Origin: Vicugna vicugna
Lineage: Eukaryota
DNA: 64,000 nucleotides
Direction of reading: 5' to 3'
Assembly (NCBI GenBank): GCA_013265495.1
Contig: MU058290.1
Location: 1 to 64,000, forward strand
The first letter of the stretch is position 1, and the number at the start of each line of letters is the position of its first letter. This document shows, one piece after another, positions 1 to 11,184 of this stretch. Both the position numbers and the translations under genes were made by a program. The notes beneath the pieces are model-generated. The model saw only the letters and a list, made by a program, of their open reading frames with translations. It was not told the origin of the DNA and did no database searches.

Positions 1-281
1 TTTTCATTATAGGTTATTACAAGATATTGAATACAGTTCCCCATGCTATACAGTAGGACCTGATTTTTTAAATTTATTTTATGCATAGTATTTTCCATCA
101 GCCAATGCCAAACTCTCAATTTATCCCCCCCTCCCTACCTTCCCCCCATAGCCACAATTTGTTTTTTTATCTCTGTGAGTGTCTTTCTGTTTTGTAAATA
201 GGTTCATTTGGGTCATATATTGGATTCCACATATAAATGATATCATGTGATGTTTGTCTTTCTCTGTCTGACTTACTTCAC
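1..281 (-). mobile_element. L1 3' fragment (end of ORF2 plus 3' UTR), running off the left edge
   Basis: Minus-strand translation EVSQTEKDKHHMISFICGI matches the L1 ORF2p C-terminus. It is followed by a G-rich tract and laurasiatherian-type L1 3' UTR sequence. Confidence 0.85.
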
Positions 282-386
282 AAAATATGGAAGGCTTCAG
301 GAATTTGTGTGTCATCCTTGTGAGGGGGTCATGCTAATCTCTGAATCGTTGTAATTTTAGTCTTCGTGCTGGGGAGGGGAGCGCAC
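282..386 (-). pseudogene. RNU6: U6 snRNA retropseudogene, full length, fused to L1
   Basis: Reverse complement GTGCGCTC...CAGCACGAAGACTAAAATTACAACGATTCAGAGATTAGCATGACCCCCTCACAAGGATGACACACAAATTCCTGAAGCCTTCCATATTTT aligns end to end with U6. The ACAGAGA box is mutated. Confidence 0.93.
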
Positions 387-599
387 CATTCTGTTTCTAT
401 TGGCCCTGTCTAGACAGTATGGCATTTTAAAAAATTCACAAGTTAAGAAGACGACTTAAGCAAAAATATTCACAGTATTGAATTTATCAATAAAATTCTT
501 TTTGACTGTACAGTTCTTTTCCCCAGTGGAACTAAGTAAAGTACCAACTAAGGCAGGAAGTAAAGCGGAAGGAGTGGCCTCACATCGTCTGGTCAGTAT

Positions 600-875
600 G
601 ACATTTGAGAAATGCAGTGTCCTCACACCTGACACTCAATTGCCTTTCCCACACCCTGTGGGAAGGAGACATGTACTGGGTTGTCAGCTCATTTTCCCTG
701 GGAATCGTGGCGTCTCTAAGCCAGGGCAACCCTCCCGGCCCCAGGCCTGGTCTCGGGACGCCGCTGCAGACATGGACCCTGAGCCCCTCCCGGGTTTCCT
801 GTGTCTTTTGAGTCTCATGTGTTTGTAGGGATCCCACACGTACATGTGTAATTAAAATTGCTTTTCTCCTGTAAC
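600..875 (+). mobile_element. LTR-like fragment downstream of the RNASE6 stop codon
   Basis: The end motif CCCACACGTACATGTGTAATTAAAATTGCTTTTCTCCTGT resembles the R/U5 end of the LTR at about 4185-4240. Confidence 0.4.
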
Positions 876-1117
876 GCAGCAAAGCTCTAAAGCTGAAAAT
901 ACGGAGGCCTGGACCCTTCTTTGCCCTCTTCCCTTCTGTCTTCCTTCAAAACACTGAGCTCCAAAGCAGAAAACTGTCTGATATCCTCATCACTCTAATT
1001 CTTTCAACGCCCTCCCTTTTCCTTCTCTGGGAGCCAGGAAAATCAACAAAAGCAAAGAAAAATCAGAAAAGATCATAAGAGAATTTGTGCCAAGTGAGAA
1101 CGAAAGTGATGGAAACC

Positions 1118-1579
1118 TCAGACAACCTTATCTAAGTGCACAGGAACCAACGCATAGGGAGGGTCGCCCTTCTGAGGGGGGTCGCAGGCCACAATGTAGC
1201 ACTTGTACTGGGCAGCCTCTCGGTAGCGGCAGGCAGGGTACCTCCCCGCAGTGAGGCTGCACTGAGTCAGGGGAACGGGCTTCGGATCCTGGTGGCAATT
1301 GTTCTGGCCGTTCTTACAGGTGATGTTTGGCAAATCACAGGCAGCAGCCACATCCTGGAAGGAGGTGTGCAGAAAGGTGTTTTCAGGCTTACAGTGCTGG
1401 GTGTAACTATTGACAACACTCATCGCCTTGTTACACTGGAGAGGCCTCGGCTGTATGTGCTGAATTTCAAACCATCGAGCCCTGGTGAGACCCTCAGGCA
1501 AAGCACAAAGGGGAGGCACTGCCCACCACAGTCCCAGCAGCAACACGAGGAGAAGGCGTCCCAGAAGCCATGGGCCCAT
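1118..1579 (-). CDS. RNASE6: Ribonuclease K6 (RNase A family member 6), 153 aa with signal peptide
   Basis: [11 protein letters not shown]... signal peptide, WFEIQH (catalytic His), CKPENTF (CKxxNTF signature) and [22 protein letters not shown], typical of RNase 6. The acceptor CTCTTCTTACGCAG|AAAAGATG (exon begins 1584) shows that the ORF-track start at 1636 is intronic. Confidence 0.96.
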   Translation of the reverse strand: MGPWLLGRLLLVLLLGLWWAVPPLCALPEGLTRARWFEIQHIQPRPLQCNKAMSVVNSYTQHCKPENTFLHTSFQDVAAACDLPNITCKNGQNNCHQDPKPVPLTQCSLTAGRYPACRYREAAQYKCYIVACDPPQKGDPPYALVPVHLDKVV

Positions 1580-1947
1580 CTTTTCTGCGTAAGAAGAGAG
1601 AAGATAATGGTGACAGAGAAGAAGAGGAGAAGCCATAGGAGCAAAATTATTCTCTGCCTCTTAACATTTTACGAATTTTTTTTTAAACTCTTCTTTTTCA
1701 GTTGAGTCTCACAGTTCTGTGAAGAAACTGGAGCCCAGTGAGGAGGCATTTGAGGAAAGATGACCTTTCCTGATTGGTAGAACTCACTCTTCTCTTTGTC
1801 CTGTACTCCTGCGTTTGACGATCCCCATGTCAGAAACCTTGTCTCTTCCCTCTTTGCTCCTGAAATATTTACCTCCAGCTGTTTGACCCGGACCTCCCGG
1901 CCACCTTCACAGCCCACTCTCCCCAGCCCTGGGGCTCCTCCTCTTAC

Positions 1948-2130
1948 CAGGTCTCCACGCTGGGGCTCCCACGGTGCCAGAAGCCCTGCTTAGTCCCAGG
2001 CTCTGAGGCTTGTCTCTTGTTTCCCCAGGCTTGCCTGGGCTGCCCGCGTGCAGCAGGGGAGGGGCTCTGAGCCCCAGGCAAGAGAAGCCCAGGGCTTGGA
2101 AGATGAACTTCTTGTGCACAGTGGGGATGA
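1948..2130 (-). other. RNASE6: Probable non-coding exon 1 of RNASE6 (5' end approximate)
   Basis: Splice donor CTG|GTAAGA (GT at 1947-1946) lies about 360 nt upstream of the acceptor. RNase A genes normally have a short non-coding exon followed by one coding exon. Confidence 0.6.
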
Positions 2131-2244
2131 GACTCCTAGCCTTTTCAACTGGCTGTTTAACATAGTATCAGTAACACTGTGGACACAGGAAGAGTAAGGC
2201 TACTTAAGAAACGATGAGACTCAAAACAGAGTTTTAAAGACCTG

Positions 2245-2320
2245 ATCACTTCCTGATATGGGTGGGTGCTTCCTTCCTGAACTGAAGTTTCAGTTTTTGA
2301 AGTTTTATGATTTCAGTTCC
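2245..2320 (-). promoter_or_regulatory. Candidate RNASE6 promoter ETS/IRF module
   Basis: Minus strand reads GGAACTGAAA (EICE consensus GGAANNGAAA, 2311-2320), AAAACTGAAACT (ISRE-like, about 2286-2297) and CAGGAAGTG (ETS/PU.1, about 2247-2255). Confidence 0.5.
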
Positions 2321-2504
2321 TTAGGAGAAACTATGCATGTAATAACTACCCTGTACTTGGTAATGTGAATTTCAACAAGAGATTTGAATTATTCCTTTTT
2401 GTGTGTGTTTGTTGGGCCAGTAACTGGGCTACTCAGATTGAGGAGTTCGGGATCTAATGAAAGAAACAGTGAGGTAAATGGAAAAATACATTATGTATAT
2501 ACAT

Positions 2505-2538
2505 ACACATATGCATATATATATATATATATATATAT
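2505..2538. repeat. (TA)n microsatellite
   Basis: Run of about 11 TA units. Confidence 0.9.
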
Positions 2539-2576
2539 TTGAACTTTGTTTATTCTTTCTTTGTAAATTTTTTTTG

Positions 2577-2700
2577 TAGGGAGGGAGGTAATTACGTTTG
2601 TCTATTTATTTACTTATGTATTTCATGCAGGTACTGGAGATTGCAGCCAGGACCTCGTGCGTGGCAGCCATGCACTCTAGCGCTGAACTCTGACCTCCCC
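2577..2700 (-). mobile_element. Vic-1-type tRNA-derived SINE (diverged)
   Basis: GGTACTGGAGATTGCAGCCAGGACCTCGTGC...CTCCCC is the reverse complement of the SINE head and B box, preceded by a TTTA-rich tail. Confidence 0.75.
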
Positions 2701-3175
2701 GGTTATGTATTAATCAACATAAGCAGCAGTTGCAGCTGCGATGGAGGTAACTGCAGCTCCTCAGGAAGTGTGAGGAGACAGGAGAGAGGAGCACAACACT
2801 GGAACCGAGTTTTGAGGATCAATTAGAAGTTCGATGAAGAGGATGGTAAGGGCAGCCCAAAGAGGAAGCTGTGTGAAGAGAACCACACATATGAACGGAA
2901 AGGGCAAACGTAGGAGATCTGCCTTGTACATCTGCACTTACCTTTCCACTGGTGCTAAAATCCCCTTATTCAGAATCTTATTGTCTCCTAAAGGGCTCAC
3001 ATAAAAGGTTCCTACTTGGACTTCCTGCCTTTAACCTCTTCTCCTTCCAATCTATCCGACATATTCCTTCCAGATTGGTATTCTTGGAGCATGAAGATAA
3101 CAGTGGAACACACTCTTGCCTCCTGCTTTTCATGGCTCCAATTATCTTTAGGATAAAAGCTGCTTGTTTATAGTA

Positions 3176-3410
3176 AAGTTGCAGGATAAAAGGCTAATAT
3201 ACAAAAATAGATTGCTTTCATATATCCCAGCAATGAATAACAGGAATTTGAAAGAAAAAAACCAAAGACATTAGCAACAAAAAAAAAATGAAGTATTTAG
3301 GTATAAATCCAATAAAATATGTACAAGATTAATATGAGGAAAACGATAAAATTCGGATGAAATAAGTCAAAAGTTGAGCTTAATAAATGGAGAGATAGCC
3401 CATGTTTATG
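3176..3410 (+). mobile_element. Old L1 ORF2 fragment
   Basis: AGTAAAGTTGCAGGATAAAAG...AATATACAAAAAT...TTTAGGTATAAAT...AATAAATGGAGAGATAGCCCATGTT is homologous to the L1 at about 46700-46930. Confidence 0.75.
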
Positions 3411-4315
3411 CTAAAGGAAACCAGACTATATCACCCCAGCATATGGCTCTTTGACATAAAAATTATTTTGCACTGAAGGCAAGTAAGAACCATTAAGTAC
3501 AGAAAAATCTCCTTTTTTGTCTAATGGCAAAAAAATTAATTCTTTCACTGGAGATGGACTCTTATCTGCCTAGAGAGGGCGCCAGAGCAAACTAACCCTT
3601 ATCTTTCTAGTTCCTTCTTCGTCATTTCCTACCCATAGAACAAACCCCTTGTGTCAGCCGAGGGAGGCTGATGTGTGGTTTTAGGAGGTGAGCGGCCCAA
3701 ACGAAAAAATGCACGAGGAGTTGCCATACTGCCGGGCAGACTTCAGCCGGAGACACCATGGGGTTAACAACACTTTGTTGCCACAGGGAGGTGCGCGCCT
3801 ATGATGCACCTGTCCTGCTTTTATCTGTTTCCTGTCAGCACATGCGCGGTCTGAGTTTCTTTGTTCACTAGGCTTACAGAATATCTCTAGCACATGCGTA
3901 CTTCTATTTTCTTTGTTCTAAATCTTATATAATTGACGCATGCGTGGAGCAATTATTTACTGCATACGACAAAGATGCTCTGTAATTGTGGTCTTGGGTC
4001 ACACAGCCTTAACTTATCTCAAGGCTCTGGCCATGGCCTTGGGTCCCACGAGGTTAACTCGTCTCAAGGCCAGCTCACACCTTGTCATGAAAAGTCTTCA
4101 TAAATGTATTGTTTCCTAGTTAAAAAGATATAAAAGCTTCCTGCTCTATCCAGTTATTTCGATTTTCATTCTCGTCTGAACACTCCCACGGACATGTACA
4201 CATTTAATAAAATATGTGTGCTTTCCTCCTATTGATCTGCCTTTGTCAGTTTAATTTTCAGACCCAGCCAGGGACCCGCACAGTGTGTGGAGGAAATGTT
4301 TCTCTTCTCAGACAA
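3410..4315 (+). mobile_element. ERV solo LTR interrupted by a nested LTR
   Basis: LTR-like start (CACCCCAGCATATGGCTCTTTGACATAAAAATTATTTTG), TATA GATATAAAAGC at about 4127 and AATAAAA at about 4206. Confidence 0.65.
3652..4079. mobile_element. Nested LTR with 5-bp TSD
   Basis: TG...CA termini flanked by CCTTG (3647-3651 and 4080-4084). CpG-retaining, with an internal ~45-bp tandem duplication at about 3990-4070. Confidence 0.75.
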
Positions 4316-4699
4316 CGACTTTATGCACTTGTCAATACTTATCCAAAATGAATAACAAATCCTACTGTAAACTGTAGACTTTAGTTAATAACAATGTATT
4401 AATATTGGTTCATCAATTATAAGAAAAATACCAAAGTAATGTAAAATGTTATAATAGGAAAAGTGTGTGCTGTGTGGCTAGGGGAGGGGGACAGGCATAT
4501 GGGAACTCTCTGTACTTTCTACTCAATATTTCTCTGAATCTAACATTGCTCTGAACAAATAAGTCTTTTAAAATGAAAACATTTTTGTAAGACGTGTGTC
4601 TGCTGAGCTCTCACCTGTCTTCTTTTGCAGCCTTATGTGTTAGGACAGCTGTCCTTCCCCCTACAGTTCCACAGCTTGATAGCACCCCCAGGCCACTGC

Positions 4700-4890
4700 A
4701 GTAGAAAACAGCATCAGCATCCCTGGGTAGGGGTCCCCCAAGCCTGGCCTCACATCAGCATTGCCCATGAAATGACTTAAAGGCTCAGACCCCAGGCCTG
4801 CTGAATCAGAATCTTGGGCACTGAGGTCTTTGCATATGTTTGTTTGGTTACCTGCACAGTGATTCTGTTCCCCATTCTTAGTTGAGAACT
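4700..4890 (+). mobile_element. MER5-like hAT DNA transposon remnant
   Basis: CAGCATCAGCATC...CAGACCCCAGGCCTGCTGAATCAGAATCT...GTGATTCTG...GTTGAGAACTG. Confidence 0.6.
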
Positions 4891-5106
4891 GTTCTTCTTG
4901 GCTGATACTGATTTTCACCCAATTTCCAAGTTCTCAAGACAGAGGTTGTAACTGATTCCTGAGATACAGCTTCCACTTTGTCTTAAATCAGGCAGGTGAT
5001 TTCCTGTCGCTATAATGACTTAGGTGTAGGAGAGATGGGAAAAGGTAAGAATGGGAGAATCTAACTCTGTTATCTGTCTCTCGTATGTTATCCCAAATCT
5101 TGGAGG

Positions 5107-5575
5107 TGTAAGAGAGGAAAAACATCTTTTCCTTCTACCCTTCTAAATTCTCAGCTGAGCCCCCTGTAACAAAAGAGATCAGTAGCAGAAAAGCATATGC
5201 ATTTATTTCATATAAGCTTAATATCGCACAGGAACCTTCCTAAAGAAGTGGTTAAACCTGAGCCATTTAATGCCAGGTTTTATAAGGAATGGGAAGTCAT
5301 GGAAAGAAGTGAAAGAATAAAGGGTCCAAGCTAAGTGTAGTAAACTGGGAGAAACTTGCAAGGTCTATTCACTGAGATTCTGTCCTCAGAGATAAGGATG
5401 CTCCTTGCCCCTTAGGTATAGGGAGGGCTCCTCACATATGAAGATCTTATGATCTGCTTCAGCAGGTCGGAAAATGCTTGCTGCACTACCTGCCATCTCT
5501 TGAATTCCTTCAGCTTGAAGTATTCAGTCTGGCAAAGTGCCACATTCTGGAGCAATGTGTCCTGAATCCCATCAG
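5107..5575. mobile_element. ERV LTR of a family with related copies at about 10481-10982, 14290-14810, 24270-24750 and 39095-39625
   Basis: Shared start TGTA...GGAAAA...TTTTCCT(C)TACCCTTCTA...TAACAAAAGA...AGAAAA and similar 3' ends. Confidence 0.6.
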
Positions 5576-6710
5576 ATGCTCCCTGTGTAGGGAATGGACG
5601 CTGGTGGTTGGCTTGGCCCTTGTGCCAGCCCTGCAATTCTAAAGCAAGTTCAGGGCCTCTGCCGTGTCTCCACTCTGGAGTCTCTATGTAGACGTATCTA
5701 TGTCTTCTGCACATCCTGGCCCAGCTGGGAGGGGACGAGGTCTCGGGCCTGTTACTTGTTCTACTTCATTCTCTAGACCTTTACATGCTTGCTGACGGCA
5801 AAAGAACAGTCTCAAGCCCTTGTCACTGAAATAACAGAAGACTAGTGTCTTGTCTTTAACAGTTACTTCTTATAGCAGTTACCACTCATATTCAGACCTC
5901 TCAGAACACTCCCTCTCCCATGGTTGCCGATGTATTTCTGTGTCAGGCATCAGGCCAGTGAGTGCCCAGAACAGTGAGTCACAGGCTGATGCCAAGTGAT
6001 GAGTTCCAAGTTCTTTTGTGAGGTTTTGTTTTATTGTTTATGTGGAGTTTCTGACACTCAAGATGGCCTCAACCCTTAGCCCACTGGTCAGTTTGGGCAT
6101 GTGATACCATTTCATTTTTGTCCAATTGCTTGGTCATACTGTTTCTTGTGACTCCCTCTGTCCTTTTCACACCAGTCATAAGGACCTCTATTTTTTGAAC
6201 AAGTCCTAAATTTTCTGTATCTTCTGACTGGAAAGATTTCCCAAGACTTGGAAATGGACAAAAGAGGTTACTGGGAGTCCTGTCACTGGAGTGTAAGGAT
6301 TTATCCAGCAGACCCACAGAGGATGAGCAGTTACTGTGCAGGGTAGCCCTGCAGGGTAGAAATTAACTTGTAAAAAACTGATAACAATGCATATATTTAC
6401 TGTTCACAACAATGCAAATGAATTTAGTGCAGCAGAGACTATCATTTTCTGTAAAGCAAGAGAACATTTGAACTGTTTTTAGCATCTTACTGATTTCCTC
6501 ATTAGTTAATGAGTTGAATAAAATGGATTTATTTATCAGTTTATTCGATGACATGAGTTTATTTTTTAAAACTTTCATGAGAGCCACAGTTTTAACTTAA
6601 AAAATTTATTCTTTAACATTTGATATGTTTACAGGTATTATTTCTTCTTTGTGGAATATCCTTTCTCACCTCATCTGCTTGGTTGCTTACCCATCTTTCT
6701 AGGCTGTGCT

Positions 6711-7275
6711 TGAAACAGCAGGACCCTGTAGGGCCATCCCTGCTGCAAATCCTTTCTGTGCCCCCCATTCCTTGATGTAGGAAATAAGTTTCATTTAGCC
6801 TCCTTGACCTTCCTTGAGTTCCAAAGGGCAGATTCAAACAGTTGCTAATCAGGGAAGGGAGGGAATGCAGAGACAGGGGAGGAAGAGTCAAGAAATAATA
6901 GAGCAGTCTTGGGCCAGGGGCCTGGTTCCTCCTCAAGGAATATATAACAATATCTTTCAGTCCTTCTGCAGGAACTAGGGCCCCCACCCAGGTGGAGGAT
7001 GGTAACTTCAAGCTGAGCACAAGATTCCTGGAACAGGCCCTATTACCTCTCTTCCTACCAATCAGAAGAAAGTCCCACACACTGCAGCCGTACCCCCAAA
7101 TTTTCCCTATAAAAGCTTTTCCCGTAAAAGCAGCAGTAAATCTTCGTGTTTTGAGCAGGAGCTACCTGTCCAACTTGCTTGGCTCTGCAATACACCTTTC
7201 TCTGCTCCAAAATCTGATCTTTCAGTGTGTTTGACCTCACTGTGCATTAGATACATGAACTTTTGTTTGGTTACA
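6711..7275 (+). mobile_element. ERV1-type solo LTR
   Basis: TGAAAC...GGTTACA termini, TATA (CCTATAAAAGC at about 7106), CAATACA poly(A)-signal variant and near-match 4-bp TSD TGCT/TTCT. Homologous to 9539-10085. Confidence 0.8.
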
Positions 7276-7589
7276 TTCTCAAATATCCTCTCCTGAGCTG
7301 TCCCCCCTCCACGCACAGAGCAGCTCTCCCAGCCTTAAGATGATCAGGCCTTACTAGCACTCACTATTCCATTTTATTGTTAAATTATAAATATACTGAA
7401 GTATAGTTGAAGGGTAAATTTGGCTAAAAGACTTCAGATCTGCTATCTCACTCTTCTCTTTGTTCCTGCTGTTCAAAGCAGGATGACTTACTAACCGCAC
7501 ATTTACACAATGTTTTCCTGTCCTTCCTCCTAATTGTGTTCTAATTTGAGCTCCCTGCTGGCTTTCAGGGAAGGGTCTCTTTGGGTCAG

Positions 7590-7695
7590 GGCAGGGAAGG
7601 GTAATTTGACTTATTTATTTGGTGGATGTACTAGGGATTGAACCCAGGACCTCATGCATGCTAGGCATGCCCTTTACCACCAAACTAACTTTCCT
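7590..7695 (-). mobile_element. Vic-1-type SINE
   Basis: GTACTAGGGATTGAACCCAGGACCTCATGCATGCTAGGCATG. Confidence 0.85.
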
Positions 7696-7826
7696 TCTTG
7701 TAATTGAGTTGGAATTTCTCTGTAGAGCAAATTGCCTTACAGGTACTCATAAGATCATATGAGGGGGAACAAGAAAGCATGCCTCCTATATCTGGAATGG
7801 AAATTTAGGAACTTTGATGGTAGGTA

Positions 7827-8410
7827 TGTTGCTGTAAGATCAACCTCTGAACCTAAGGAGCTGAATGACTGAGAGACAAAATCTTGGAGCTTAGAAGAAA
7901 AGAGACAGCTTTATTACTTTGCTGGGAAAAGGAGACTGACAGCAGGCTAGTGCCTAGAAAACTGTGAACACACCTTGGGGGTGGGGGGGGGTGGGGTGAG
8001 GTGGTAAATCGCCATAGTTCAAACAATAAAGCATGGATCACAGTCAACAGAATCATTTTCTCATCAGAAGACTTAGGATGGCATCATGATACCTCTCACT
8101 GACCAATTCTATAGAGGCCAGCAGTTGTCACTTTTTTCCAACTCTTTATCTCCTAAGCACTCAAGACGTGGTCTTCTTGGTATTTAGCCTACTTTATAAG
8201 GTTCCAGTTCTATGACCTTCTCCCTGAAGATCTACTCAGAGATTGAGAATAATTATAGGTTTTGATTACTGGAACCAAGTAGAAACAGTCAGATCAATAG
8301 CTTTAGTGTTAACAATGGGCCTGGAGCTGTGAGCAGTCAGGTGTTTTGACCATTGGAAGGCAAATATAGGAATAAGCAATATGTTAGCCCAAATGTGTCC
8401 ATTTTATTAA
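7827..8410 (-). mobile_element. ERV LTR related to 13410-13986
   Basis: GAGACAAAATCTTGGAGCTTAGAAGAAAAGAG...TTTATTACTTTGCTGGG is the reverse complement of the end of the 13.4-14.0 kb LTR. Confidence 0.65.
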
Positions 8411-9538
8411 TCCTCCTTCAGGTGTAAAACATTTTATGGCTGGTAAAACCAGATTTCTTCAATATTTGAGGGGAAGGATTTAAGGATTGTAACATGCAAA
8501 GTTCACAAAGCAAGATGGGATAGAAATTTTCTCAGGATACAGGACAAAAGGGAAAGATGGTACAGCAAGCCACCTCTTCCTTTGCCCGTGGCATACCCAC
8601 TCAGCATCAGCAGCATGGATGTGAATCAGAGTGCTGTGTTAGATCAGAAATAAACTTTGTGTAACAGGATTTATTGAGTCATCATAATTTTGGTGCATGT
8701 TGTGAAAATATCTATCTTCAAATAAGACTTTTGAATAATGTCTTTGTTCCAGATAATGCAGACTCCTAAGAAATGGGCTGTAACAGGTGGCCAATGAAAC
8801 CTGAAGTTTTGGAAACTAGAGTATCTCTACTTTAATATAAATTACTTTGGGACCACCAATTCTAGATGGTAAAATGAGTTTTGACTAGTTTTAATGATAT
8901 CATTTGCAGTTAGGTGCATATGTGTGGTATTTATATTGTAGCCTCTAGACCAATGGACATAAACTTCTATTAGAATTTGATTAAAGCCATCGATTTGCTG
9001 TCCAAAAATGGAAACATACCAAAATGAATTCATACACTTTCAGTGGGTTCATGGACATCTTGAATTCCCCAGGTTATAAGCAGCTGTTCTAGAGAACATG
9101 ACTCCCTTGACTGCATGGAAACTGGCTTTTTCATCCTTCTATTGCTTATCATTATTGCATTTACCACATAGTAGACATTCTACAAATTCTGTTGAAAAGG
9201 TGAATACATAAATGAATGAATAAATGCATATGAGAAAAAAATTAATGACACAGAAGAGTGTCTGGTAAGTACCAAATGCATGTCATAAATGAGGTCAGAG
9301 GAAGTGATCACTGTGAACTGAGCCAAGGGCTTCTCAATGGCCATGAGACTGAACTGGAATGTAAACAGAGGGCAGATTGTCATCAAGTAGCATCAAGAAA
9401 GAAGTTTCTATGGGTGGAATGTGCATGGCCTATTTCTGGAACTGCTAAGATGATTCCTATTAAGAGAATAAGTAAAGTGAGTGACAGGAGATGAGCTTAG
9501 AGAGGTTGGCAGAAATCAGATTATGATGATTATGTGCT

Positions 9539-10085
9539 TGAAACTGAGGAGGACTTTTCAGGACCCTCCTGGGCACAAAAGCCTTTCTGTTTCTTCTTTG
9601 TAGGTCCTCCCTGAGCCCCAAAGGTCATATTCGAACAGTTACTAATTAGGGAAGTGAAAGAATACAGAAAGGAAGGAAATGCAGTCAAGAAACAGTAGTG
9701 CAAAGCAGATTCCTAGTTCCTCCTCAAGAGATATACATAGCAATGTAACTTTTAGTTCTTCTACAGGAACCAAGACCCCACCCAGGCGGAAGTTGGCAAC
9801 TTCAAGCTGAGCGCAAGATTCCTGGAACACCACCCTGTTGCATCAGCACCAACCAACCAGAAGAAATTCACACATCCTACAACCCTCACCCCAAATTTTG
9901 CCTTTAAAAACTCTTTCCTGACAACAATCAGAGAGTACAGGTCTTTTGAGTATGAGTCAGGTCTTTCGTGCCTCTTCATACTCCTTGTTTGGCCCTGCAA
10001 TAAAACTTTCTCTGCCCCAAATTCTAACGTTTCAGTTTGTTTGGCCTCACTGTGCATCAGGCACATGACCTTGGGTTCAACCACA
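9539..10085 (+). mobile_element. ERV1-type solo LTR
   Basis: TG...CA termini with exact 4-bp TSD TGCT and CAATAAAA at about 9998. Homologous to 6711-7275. Confidence 0.8.
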
Positions 10086-10480
10086 TGCTGGGCTAAAGAA
10101 AGGTAATATTTCCTGTAGGATTGGCACCGAGTATGCATGCAGATCCTGAAATTTGGATGGCATGGTCATTGAAGTGATGTTGGGATCACAAACATTGCAG
10201 ATAGAGTTTATCCACTGGGGTTTTTTTGGGTTGCAAGCACCACAAACCCATTTGAGCTAACTTGAGGGGAGGAATTTTAAGTGGTAGAGTGATAGAGATT
10301 TATTGGAAGAATCGGAGAGAGTTTCACACTTGACAATATACAGCAAAAGGGTCAGCCTTTGGAAATAGCTGGAACCCAAGAATCTTAGGTGAGCTGTAAA
10401 ACAGGGCCTAATGGGCAAGAATCCACTTCAACATCAAAAAATCTTTGCATCACTACTTGACATTCAGACTCTGAGGACAA

Positions 10481-10982
10481 TGTAGGGGGAAGAAAAGAAA
10501 TCTTTTCCTTTAGCCTTCGTTTTGTAACTAGGGACTCTTTAACAAAAGATAGGTTAACAGGAGAAAAATAAACTAAAATTTATTAGCATTAATTTTATAT
10601 ATATGAGAAACTCAGGGCAACTCAGAGTAACTCAAAGAGATGATTAGAACTTGGGCTTACATTCCATCTTCAGCTAAAACAAAGAAGAATGTGGGGGAGG
10701 CAAATTATGGTAATATGACTAGGAAAATGTATAGTAAACAAGGGTAGGACTTATATACAGATCTAAGTCTTTGCCTTCTCCATTGATAAGAGTTTCTTAT
10801 GATTTAGAGTTATCTTTTTCTTCCTGGACAGAGAGAGAAACACCCTTACAAACAGAGATTTCCTTTGTAACTGTAAATTTCCTTATAACATACTAATTTA
10901 TACTTTACTTTCAGAGCTTCTCCTTTATCTGGTGTTTCTCAAATTAATCCTTATGTCAGAGAGGCATATTCTGGTCTCCCAC
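10481..10982. mobile_element. ERV LTR (same family as 5107, 14290 and 39095)
   Basis: TGTAGGGGGAAGAAAA...CACCCTTACAAA..GAGATTTCC...TCTGGTCTCCCACA. Confidence 0.65.
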
Positions 10983-11184
10983 AAGAAAGAGTCCATTTAG
11001 CTTATGTTGGATCTCATTAATATTGTTCGGCTCAGCAGAGGAGATTGAGAACTTTAATGGACAACCCCATCAATAACACACACAAAAAGGGGGAAGGGTA
11101 GTTCCCTAAGGGAAATGGATAGTTCCCTATCCAAATAGGGGAAGTGGATGTCAGAAATCTATGCAAAAACACAAGGCTATTTTG

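Noticed and set aside
1580..1636. N-terminal extensions in the ORF track for RNASE6 (also EDDM3 18397-18447 and ANG 30459-30527)
   Set aside because: They run through the polypyrimidine tract and splice acceptor. The true ATG lies just inside the coding exon.
1136..1705. 189-aa plus-strand ORF, and similar antisense ORFs over RNASE4, ANG and EDDM3
   Set aside because: Antisense shadows of GC-rich coding exons, with no recognisable protein features.
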